DNA of 64,000 bases from Tabrizicola sp. (GTDB lineage: Bacteria > Pseudomonadota > Alphaproteobacteria > Rhodobacterales > Rhodobacteraceae). Positions 57,137-64,000 of the stretch are shown here, piece after piece (positions within the stretch are counted from its first letter, which is position 1; the number at the start of each line of letters is the position of its first letter). Where the stretch lies: positions 11,338 through 75,337 of the forward strand of contig NZ_JAEULP010000049.1 in assembly GCF_016792905.1 (NCBI RefSeq). The letters run 5' to 3'. Position numbers and translations under genes: made by a program. The notes under the pieces are model-generated. The model was given only the letters and a program-made list of their open reading frames with translations, searched no databases and was not told where the DNA came from.

Positions 57137-57165
57137 TTGCAGCCTGTGGCACTTGTCAGTATAGC
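57137..57165 (+). promoter_or_regulatory. Sigma70-like promoter candidate (TTGCAG-N17-TATAGC) upstream of tRNA-Val
   Basis: Read directly. The -10 element ends about 75 nt before the tRNA 5' end. Confidence 0.35.
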
Positions 57166-57240
57166 AGCCCCGACCGACGCGGTTCGCCCCGCGTCCTTTT
57201 CGTTTCACCGGAAGGGACGGGGTGGATGCAAGGCTCAAGT

Positions 57241-57315
57241 GGGCGGTTAGCTCAGCGGTAGAGCACTACGTTGACATCGTAGTGGCCACTGGTTCGATCC
57301 CAGTACCGCCCACCA
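57241..57315 (+). tRNA. tRNA-Val (anticodon GAC), with an encoded CCA end
   Basis: Cloverleaf read by hand: acceptor stem GGGCGGT/ACCGCCC, anticodon stem CTACG/CGTAG with loop TTGACAT, T-loop GGTTCGATCC, and a 3' CCA. Confidence 0.9.
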
Positions 57316-57385
57316 TTCGCCGCTCCCTCGCGGGGGCATGGGTTTCAATCTGGCGCATCTCGCGCCGCGTAGAAGGAGGACGACC

Positions 57386-57511
57386 ATGAAAGTCGCCAAC
57401 TCGCTCCGCTCGCTGAAGACGCGCCATCGCGATTGCCAGGTCGTGCGCCGCAAAGGCCGCGTCTATGTGATCAACAAGACGCAGAAGCGCTACAAGGCCC
57501 GCCAGGGCTGA
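57386..57511 (+). CDS. rpmJ: 50S ribosomal protein L36 (YkgO-like form lacking the zinc ribbon)
   Basis: [41 protein letters not shown]. 41 aa with a GAAGGAGGA RBS. It is below the ORF-track cutoff. Confidence 0.9.
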   Translation: MKVANSLRSLKTRHRDCQVVRRKGRVYVINKTQKRYKARQG

Positions 57512-57536
57512 GCCTGCTTCAGCAGACTGGATCATG

Positions 57537-57566
57537 GGCCGCCCTGGGAAACCTCGGCGGCCTTTT
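57537..57566 (+). terminator. Intrinsic terminator after rpmJ
   Basis: GGCCGCC-N12-GGCGGCC followed by TTTT. Confidence 0.65.
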
Positions 57567-57664
57567 CCATTCCACCCGCTCGTCGGTGACTTCCTTGCTC
57601 CTCTCAGTTTCCCGCGACGAGAAGACGAAGTCGAACGGGGAGCCGTCACAGAAGGCCCGTCCCG

Positions 57665-58087
57665 ATGACCCTCCGCCCCTTCCTTTCCGCCGACATCGCT
57701 GCCGCCCGTGCGCTCTGGCAGGCAACGCCGGGTGTCGGCCTGTCGACCGCCGACGAACCCGCAGCCCTCGAATCCTTCCTCAACCGCAACCCCGGCACCA
57801 GCTTCGTCGCCGAGTCGGATGGGCGGATCACCGGCACGATTCTCGTCGGCCATGACGGGCGGCGCGGGCTGATCCACCACCTTGCCGTCGCCGCCGACTG
57901 TCGCCGCACCGGCCTTGGCCGCAGGCTGGTCGAGGTCGGTCTTGCCGCGCTGCATCAGGCGGGCATCGACAAATGTCACCTGATGGTCTTCACCGACAAC
58001 ACCGGGGGTGCCGCGTTCTGGACATCGGTTGGCGCCAAGCGACGCGACGAACTGGCGCTATACTCGCTTGCGACTACGCCCCACTGA
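57665..58087 (+). CDS. GNAT-family N-acetyltransferase
   Basis: LIHHLAVAADCRRTGLGRRLV acetyl-CoA motif. 140 aa. Confidence 0.8.
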   Translation: MTLRPFLSADIAAARALWQATPGVGLSTADEPAALESFLNRNPGTSFVAESDGRITGTILVGHDGRRGLIHHLAVAADCRRTGLGRRLVEVGLAALHQAGIDKCHLMVFTDNTGGAAFWTSVGAKRRDELALYSLATTPH

Positions 58088-58156
58088 TGTGCCGGGGCCA
58101 AATCCTTCGAAGGATGTTGTCCTGCCCCGACCCACCGCCCCGGAACGCCCAGACCC

Positions 58157-58783
58157 ATGCACCCCAATCCCGCCTTCCGCCAGGAACCCCGTGACCGCAA
58201 CCTTGCCTTCGCCCGCGACCGTGGCTTCGGCATCCTCACCGTCAACGGCGCAGAGGGCCCGCTTGCCGCGCATGTCCCCTTCCTTCTGAACGACGACGCG
58301 AGCTTCGCCGAGATGCATCTCGCCCGCTCGAACCCCATCGCCAGGGCGGGGCTGCCGCTGCCCGCGCTTCTCGCCATCTCCGGCCCGGATGCCTACATCT
58401 CGCCGGACTGGTACGGCCCGCATTCCGAAGTCCCCGACCAGGTTCCGACCTGGAACTACGTCGCCGTCCACCTGCGCGGCGTGCTGGAGCCCTTGCCGGA
58501 TGATGCGCTCCGCCCGCATGTCGATGCCCTTTCGGCAGAGCACGAAGGCCGAATCGAGGGTAAACAGCCCTGGACCAGCGCCAAGATGACCGAAGGCGCG
58601 ATGCCCCGGATGCTGCGGATGATCCTGCCGTTCCGCTTCCGCGTGGACTCGGTCGACGCTACCTGGAAGCTGAACCAGAACAAGGCCCCGGAAATCAGGG
58701 CCCGGGCCGCCGCGGTCCTGTCGCGGGGCAATGCCCCGGCGCAGCAGATTGCCGCGCTGATGCGCGACCTGCCCACCGAGTGA
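58157..58783 (+). CDS. PaiB-family FMN-binding protein / putative regulator
   Basis: MHPNPAFRQE... and WNYVAVHLRG. 208 aa. Confidence 0.7.
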   Translation: MHPNPAFRQEPRDRNLAFARDRGFGILTVNGAEGPLAAHVPFLLNDDASFAEMHLARSNPIARAGLPLPALLAISGPDAYISPDWYGPHSEVPDQVPTWNYVAVHLRGVLEPLPDDALRPHVDALSAEHEGRIEGKQPWTSAKMTEGAMPRMLRMILPFRFRVDSVDATWKLNQNKAPEIRARAAAVLSRGNAPAQQIAALMRDLPTE

Positions 58784-58862
58784 CGGCGTTGCGACGCACC
58801 GATGAAAACCCCGGCAAAGGCTGCTAGGATTGTCTGACGGGATCGACTGATGGGTGCTCAGC

Positions 58863-59366
58863 ATGAAGATCGTGGAAAAGACACCCGCCAAACTCCGGCT
58901 CAGTGCCTCGCCCTGGCTGATGGCGATTCTCTTCCTGGCCATCACGGTGACGATGCTGGCCGCCGCTCTCGACAAGCAGCGGCACGGCGCCAGCAACGAA
59001 GCAGGCGTGCTGTTCCTTGTGGGTCTTGCCGTGCTGATCGGAGGGCTGGTGTTCTGTGCCTTTGTCCGGCTGACCCTCGATCGCACCACGGGACGGCTCA
59101 CCTACAGCCGGTTCACCTTGCGCGGCTGGCAGCATCGGGATTGGGCATTGGCTGATCTGGCCGCGATCCGGGCAGCGACCGATCCGGCCGAAAAGATCGC
59201 GGAAGGCCGACCCTATCGGCGGCTGGAGCTTGTCTGGAAGACAGGCGAGCCACCCTTTCCGCTCCAGACCGCGTACCAAAGGCCATCGCGGGCAGCCTCC
59301 GGCAGCAAGTCACCGCTCGAAACCCTCGCGTCCTCGGTCAACTCCTGGCTGAACGGAAAGCGCTGA
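58863..59366 (+). CDS. Hypothetical membrane protein (two TM helices)
   Basis: I prefer the ATG at 58863 (the track GTG start is at 58854). TM helices are WLMAILFLAITVTMLAAAL and GVLFLVGLAVLIGGLVFCAF. Confidence 0.5.
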   Translation: MKIVEKTPAKLRLSASPWLMAILFLAITVTMLAAALDKQRHGASNEAGVLFLVGLAVLIGGLVFCAFVRLTLDRTTGRLTYSRFTLRGWQHRDWALADLAAIRAATDPAEKIAEGRPYRRLELVWKTGEPPFPLQTAYQRPSRAASGSKSPLETLASSVNSWLNGKR

Positions 59367-59424
59367 CCCGTTTACAGGCGCTGTCCCGCCCCCCTATCAT
59401 TCCTGCGTCGAAACGGAGGTTCCC

Positions 59425-59727
59425 ATGCCCCTGCCCCTCGCCCCCCTGCTGCCTCTTGCCCTTCGGTTCGGCGTCGTCGCGACCACGACCTTCGCCCTGA
59501 CCCGCCTCGTCGCCGCCACCCATCCCGGCCGCACCGACCAGCGGGCCGAGGATGCGCTGGATGACCTCGGCGAGGGCCTCTCGCTCCATCGTCCCGCCGA
59601 CCGGGCCGAAGACAGGCAGACCAACGCCACTGCCCGCCTGCGCCGGGTGATCCGATTCCGCGGCAAGACCTGGGAACTGGACGCCGGGGCCATGGCCCGC
59701 TTCCGACTGCGGCAGACCGGCAAATGA
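59425..59727 (+). CDS. Hypothetical small protein with an N-terminal hydrophobic segment
   Basis: 100 aa with an ACGGAGG RBS. Its stop overlaps the GST ATG as ATGA. Confidence 0.5.
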   Translation: MPLPLAPLLPLALRFGVVATTTFALTRLVAATHPGRTDQRAEDALDDLGEGLSLHRPADRAEDRQTNATARLRRVIRFRGKTWELDAGAMARFRLRQTGK

Positions 59728-60332
59728 AGCTCTACCACGCCCCCGCCTCGCCCTTCGTCCGCAAGGTGATGGTCCTCCTCCACGAGGCCGGAGCCGCTGA
59801 CCGCGTGGCCCTGGTCCCCGTCTCCGGCAACCCGCTGGACCCCGGAACGATCCCGGTGGACCGCAATCCCCTGGGCAAGATCCCGGCCCTGGAGCGCGAG
59901 GGCGGCCCGACCCTCTACGACAGCCGGGTGATCACTCGCTACCTTGACGACCTGCTGCAAGCGGGCCTCTACCCCGCCGCTCCCCGTCTCTGGGATACGC
60001 TGGTCATCGAGGCCACCGGCGACGGCATCGCCGAGGCCGCCGTCCTGATGCGGTACGAAATGCATGTCCGCCCCCAACCCTCGCGATCGCCAGACTGGGC
60101 CGAGGCACAGTGGCGGAAGATCGCCCGCGCCCTCGCCGCGCTGGAGGAGCGCTGGATCAGCCATCTCTCCGGCCCGGTCGACATGGGCCAGATCGCCATC
60201 GGCTGCGCGTTGGGCTACCTCGACTTCCGCCATGCCGATCGGGACTGGCGTGGCGCGCACCCGACGCTGACCGGCTGGTTTGCCAGCTTCGCAGCCCGTC
60301 CTGCTATGCAGGCCACCGCGCCAGACGCCTGA
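59724..60332 (+). CDS. Glutathione S-transferase
   Basis: Thioredoxin-like N-domain ([16 protein letters not shown]). 202 aa. Confidence 0.8.
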   Translation: MKLYHAPASPFVRKVMVLLHEAGAADRVALVPVSGNPLDPGTIPVDRNPLGKIPALEREGGPTLYDSRVITRYLDDLLQAGLYPAAPRLWDTLVIEATGDGIAEAAVLMRYEMHVRPQPSRSPDWAEAQWRKIARALAALEERWISHLSGPVDMGQIAIGCALGYLDFRHADRDWRGAHPTLTGWFASFAARPAMQATAPDA

Positions 60333-60525
60333 AGCCCGGGGGGTAACCCGCGACCCTTGCGACACACAGGACGAACTGCCGCACAGAAATGCGAAGCCCT
60401 GCGGCTTTGTCCGCTGGACGTGGCGGAAAGCCTTGGCTAGATACGCGGGCGGCGGGGTATGGTCTTCCATGGCCCCTCAAGTCATATGGGCCGGTATCCG
60501 ACGGCCTGATAGGGGAGAAGATCTC

Positions 60526-61098
60526 GTGTCCCACGTAGACGATCACGCAGGCACCGGCGAAGGCACTCGGCGGGATTTCCTGTACTACGCAACGGCAGGT
60601 GCCGGGGTGGTGGCCACTGGCGCCGCGGTCTGGCCGCTGGTCAACCAGATGAACCCCTCGGCCGACACCCGCGCCCTGGCGTCGATCATGGTCGATGTCT
60701 CGGCGGTCGAGGTCGGGACGCAGCTGACGGTCAAATGGCGCGGCAAGCCGGTCTTCATCCGCCGCCGCAGCCCCGAAGAGATCGAGGCCGGACGCGCCGT
60801 GAAGCTGGAAGAGCTGGTCGACACCAGTGCCGAGAACAGCAACAAGCCGGAGGCCGACGCCTCGGACGCGAACCGCACGCTGGATGAAGCGGGCGAGTGG
60901 CTGGTGATGATGGGCGTCTGCACCCACCTTGGCTGCGTGCCGCTGGGCGACGGTGCCGGGGATTTCGGCGGCTGGTTCTGCCCCTGCCACGGATCGCACT
61001 ACGACACCGCCGGTCGCATCCGCAAAGGGCCCGCCCCGCGCAACCTGCCTGTGCCCGTCACCGCCTTCTTCGACGAAACCACGATCAAGCTTGGGTAA
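60526..61098 (+). CDS. petA: Ubiquinol-cytochrome c reductase Rieske iron-sulfur subunit
   Basis: CTHLGC and CPCHGS boxes, a Tat-like RRDFLY, and a GTG start after AGGGGAGA. The track ORF from 60280 is over-extended. Confidence 0.95.
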   Translation: MSHVDDHAGTGEGTRRDFLYYATAGAGVVATGAAVWPLVNQMNPSADTRALASIMVDVSAVEVGTQLTVKWRGKPVFIRRRSPEEIEAGRAVKLEELVDTSAENSNKPEADASDANRTLDEAGEWLVMMGVCTHLGCVPLGDGAGDFGGWFCPCHGSHYDTAGRIRKGPAPRNLPVPVTAFFDETTIKLG

Positions 61099-61109
61099 GG
61101 ATCAGCATC

Positions 61110-62432
61110 ATGGCCGGAATCCCGCACGACCATTACGAGCCCAAGACCGCCGCCGAGCGCTGGGTTGACAAGCGCCTGCCGATCATCGGGCTTCTCTACG
61201 ACACCATCATGATCCCCACGCCCAAGAACCTGAACTGGATGTGGATCTGGGGTATCGTCCTCACCTTCTGCCTGGCGCTGCAGATCGTCACCGGCATCGT
61301 CCTGGCGATGCACTACACCCCGCATGTCGCCATGGCCTTCGCCTCGGTCGAGCATATCATGCGCGACGTGAACGGCGGCTACATGCTGCGCTACCTGCAT
61401 GCGAACGGCGCCTCGCTGTTCTTCTTCGCCGTCTACCTGCATATCTTCCGCGGCCTCTACTACGGCAGCTACAAGGCCCCGCGCGAGATCACCTGGATCG
61501 TCGGGATGATCATCTACCTCTGCATGATGGGCACCGCCTTCATGGGCTACGTCCTGCCCTGGGGCCAGATGTCGTTCTGGGGTGCCACGGTGATCACCGG
61601 TCTCTTCGGCGCGATCCCGGGCATCGGCGAGCCGATCCAGACCTGGCTCTTGGGCGGCCCGGCGGTGGACAACGCCACGCTGAACCGCTTCTTCTCGCTG
61701 CACTACCTGCTGCCCTTCGTGATCGCCGCGCTGGTCGCGGTCCACATCTGGGCCTTCCACACCACCGGCAACAACAACCCCACCGGGGTCGAGGTGCGCC
61801 GTGGCTCGAAGGAAGAGGCCGAGCGCGACACCGTGCCGTTCTGGCCCTACTATGTGATCAAGGACCTGTTCGCCCTGGCCATCATTCTGGCGATCTTTTT
61901 CGCCGTGGTCGGCTTCATGCCGAACTTCCTGGGCCACCCCGACAACTACACCGAGGCGAACCCGCTGGCGACGCCCGCGCATATCGTGCCGGAATGGTAT
62001 TTCCTGCCGTTCTACGCGATCCTGCGCGCCTTCACCGGCGATGTCTGGGTGGTGATCGCGGCCAACTGGCTGTCGTTCGGCATCATCGACGCGAAGTTCT
62101 TCGGCGTACTGGCGATGTTCGGCGCGATCGCGGTCATGGCGCTGACCCCGTGGCTCGACACCTCCTCCGTGCGGTCGGGCCGCTACCGGCCGATGTTCAA
62201 GTGGTGGTTCGCGCTTCTCTGCATCGACTTCGTCGTCCTGATGTGGTGTGGCGCGATGCCGGCGGAAGAACCCTATGCCACGATCAGCCTGATCGCGGCG
62301 GCCTACTGGTTCGCCTATTTCCTGGTCATCCTGCCGCTTCTGGGCGTGATCGAGAAGCCGCTGGCCCAACCGGCGACCATCGAGGAAGACTTCAACGCCC
62401 ATTACGGCTCCAAAGCCCATCCGGCCGAGTGA
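61110..62432 (+). CDS. petB: Cytochrome b
   Basis: 440 aa. [22 protein letters not shown] and [13 protein letters not shown]. Start at the ATG at 61110. Confidence 0.95.
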   Translation: MAGIPHDHYEPKTAAERWVDKRLPIIGLLYDTIMIPTPKNLNWMWIWGIVLTFCLALQIVTGIVLAMHYTPHVAMAFASVEHIMRDVNGGYMLRYLHANGASLFFFAVYLHIFRGLYYGSYKAPREITWIVGMIIYLCMMGTAFMGYVLPWGQMSFWGATVITGLFGAIPGIGEPIQTWLLGGPAVDNATLNRFFSLHYLLPFVIAALVAVHIWAFHTTGNNNPTGVEVRRGSKEEAERDTVPFWPYYVIKDLFALAIILAIFFAVVGFMPNFLGHPDNYTEANPLATPAHIVPEWYFLPFYAILRAFTGDVWVVIAANWLSFGIIDAKFFGVLAMFGAIAVMALTPWLDTSSVRSGRYRPMFKWWFALLCIDFVVLMWCGAMPAEEPYATISLIAAAYWFAYFLVILPLLGVIEKPLAQPATIEEDFNAHYGSKAHPAE

Positions 62433-62445
62433 GAGGAAACCGACA

Positions 62446-63234
62446 ATGTTCCGCAAGATCGCACTCATCGCCGCATCGGTACTGGCTGTTGGCACGGGCG
62501 CAGCCGTTGCCGAAGGCACCGGGGGTCATATCGAGGACGTGGCCTTCGCCCATGAAGGCCCGTTCGGCAAGTTCGACCAGTTCCAGCTGCAGCGCGGCCT
62601 TCAGGTCTACACCGAGGTCTGTGCAGGCTGCCACGGTCTGAAGTATGTGCCCCTGCGCACCCTGTCCGACGAGGGTGGCCCCGGCCTGCCGGAAGATCAG
62701 GTCCGGGCCTATGCCAAGCAGTTCACCGTGACCGACAAGGAAACCGGCGAGGACCGCGAGGGCCTGCCGACCGACAACTTCCCGGCCAACACCGGGGCCG
62801 GCGCGCCCGACCTCAGCCTGATGGCCAAGGCGCGCGCCGGTTTCCACGGACCCTATGGCAGCGGGATCAACCAGCTGTTCCGCGGCATGGGCGGGCCGGA
62901 ATACATCCACGCGATCCTGACCGGCTATACCGGCGAGGAGAAGGAGGAGTTCGGCTCGACCTTCTACGAAAACCACGCCTTCGCAAGCGGCTGGATCCGC
63001 ATGCCACCGCCGCTGTCGGACGACCAGGTGACTTATGCCGACGGCACCAAGGCGACGGTGGACCAGATGTCGATGGACGTGGCTTCGTTCCTGATGTGGG
63101 CCGCCGAGCCGCACCTGATGGACCGGAAGAACGCAGGCTTTGTCAGCGTGATCTTCCTTCTGGTCCTGTCGACGCTGCTCTATCTGACCAACAAGCGGAT
63201 CTGGGCCGGGATCAAGGGCAAGAAGCACGCCTGA
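62446..63234 (+). CDS. petC: Cytochrome c1
   Basis: CAGCH heme site, a signal peptide, a C-terminal TM anchor, and a GAGAGGA RBS. Confidence 0.95.
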   Translation: MFRKIALIAASVLAVGTGAAVAEGTGGHIEDVAFAHEGPFGKFDQFQLQRGLQVYTEVCAGCHGLKYVPLRTLSDEGGPGLPEDQVRAYAKQFTVTDKETGEDREGLPTDNFPANTGAGAPDLSLMAKARAGFHGPYGSGINQLFRGMGGPEYIHAILTGYTGEEKEEFGSTFYENHAFASGWIRMPPPLSDDQVTYADGTKATVDQMSMDVASFLMWAAEPHLMDRKNAGFVSVIFLLVLSTLLYLTNKRIWAGIKGKKHA

Positions 63235-63256
63235 TCGGCCTGTTCCAGGCTTACGG

Positions 63257-63283
63257 AAAACCCCGCCATCGCGCGGGGTTTTT
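63257..63283. terminator. Bidirectional intrinsic terminator between petC and the convergent ABC ATPase gene
   Basis: aaaaCCCCGCcatcgcGCGGGGttttt. Confidence 0.65.
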
Positions 63284-63999
63284 CATTTGCGGCCGAGGTA
63301 ATCCTGCACGGCGGGCGGCGGGTCGGCGAGAAGCTCGACCGTCGGAACCGGGGGATGGACGACCCCCTCGGCGACGAAAGCCGTATCGCCGTCCAGCGCC
63401 AGGGCATCCTGCGGGTCATGCGTGACCATCAGCACCAGCGCCCCGGTTTCGTCCGCCACCTCGCGCACCAGATCCAGCATCTCGGCCCGAAGCGCGGGGC
63501 CAAGCGCGGCGAAGGGTTCGTCCAGCAAGAGCATCGGCCGGGAGCGAAGCAGCGCCCGCGCCAGCGCCGCCCGGCTGGCCTGGCCTCCCGAAAGCTGCGC
63601 TGGGCGGCGGGGGCCCAGGCCCTGAAGCCCGACACGCTCCAGCGCCTTGTCTATTTGATCATGATCGGCGCCTGTCAGGCGCAGGTCGGGGCGCAGGCCG
63701 AGGCCGAGGTTCTGTGCGACGCTGAGGTGCGGAAACAGGTTCTGGTCCTGGAACAGGATCGTCACCGGGCGCTCCCCCGGCGGGAGGACGGTCAGGTCCT
63801 GCCCCTGCCACAGCACCCGTCCCGAGGCCTGGGGGAAGAAGCCGGCGATCACCGACAGCAGCGTGGACTTGCCCGCGCCCGACGGCCCCATCACGGCGAT
63901 GCGGGCACCCGCGGCGGCGGACCAGTCGGCGGTCAGGTGGAAGTCGCCTTGGGTGATCGTCAGGCGGTCAAGCTGCAACACGGCGGCCTCCGGCGTCAA
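63283..63999 (-). CDS. ABC transporter ATP-binding protein (ThiQ-like). The start is at or near the window edge.
   Basis: Walker A GPSGAGKST, signature LSGGQ, and Walker B LLLDEP. The start may be TTG 63999 or GTG 63981. Confidence 0.8.
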   Translation of the reverse strand: MTPEAAVLQLDRLTITQGDFHLTADWSAAAGARIAVMGPSGAGKSTLLSVIAGFFPQASGRVLWQGQDLTVLPPGERPVTILFQDQNLFPHLSVAQNLGLGLRPDLRLTGADHDQIDKALERVGLQGLGPRRPAQLSGGQASRAALARALLRSRPMLLLDEPFAALGPALRAEMLDLVREVADETGALVLMVTHDPQDALALDGDTAFVAEGVVHPPVPTVELLADPPPAVQDYLGRK

Positions 64000-64000
64000 A

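Noticed and set aside
55141-57315. Genomic island integrated at tRNA-Val
   Set aside because: The window contains no integrase or recombinase gene, I found no direct repeat of the tRNA 3' end by eye, and the flanking genes look like ordinary metabolic genes.

Overview
This is a GC-rich chromosomal window (about two-thirds G+C by eye, not computed) that looks like a Rhodobacteraceae alphaproteobacterium. No searches were run. All family names come from motifs I can read in the translations, and all coordinates were checked against the printed sequence and the ORF-track frames. The ORF track uses ATG, GTG and TTG starts and reports the longest ORF, so many of my starts are trimmed. It also contains many long antisense shadow ORFs, which is typical of high-GC DNA. 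Contents, left to right: (1) an alpha-type flagellar block, with motA, motE-like, a small TM protein and fliL reading leftward and fliF, fliH-like, fliN and fliP reading rightward. It also contains a 680-codon secreted protein coupled to motA that is absent from the ORF track because it runs off the left edge. (2) Housekeeping genes: ispE, a TPR protein, ETF-ubiquinone oxidoreductase, greA, peroxiredoxin, pnp, trxA, addA/addB, murU-like and amgK-like genes, and tsaE. (3) The redox-regulation locus regB / senC-regA-hvrA / hvrB / HD-hydrolase / ahcY, in the gene order I recall from Rhodobacter capsulatus, plus a kinase-less multi-PAS protein next to regB. (4) A Gtr-like three-part glycosylation module (GT2, a 607-aa polytopic protein, GtrA). 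(5) DUF2853, MFS, arginase-family, DUF1761, aroC and TerC-family genes. (6) The least ordinary part (44.3-55.3 kb): seven same-strand, mostly translationally coupled genes. Their products are a GSCFA protein, an FGDSH protein, a beta-rich protein, a GxSxG protein, a DXD glycosyltransferase-like protein, a 472-aa protein with no family I recognise, and a Cys-type sulfatase with an RTX tail. This stretch also holds two about 100-125-nt direct repeats that bracket about 6 kb including dinB. (7) Alpha/beta hydrolase, N-formylglutamate amidohydrolase, tRNA-Val(GAC), rpmJ, GNAT, PaiB-like and GST genes, then petABC (cytochrome bc1) and an ABC ATPase at the right edge. I saw no CRISPR array, IS element, integrase or recognisable defence gene. 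The best candidate for something undescribed is the 44.3-52.8 kb enzyme cluster. A two-copy palindrome-bearing 3'-end element and the repeat pair are the other unexplained sequence features.
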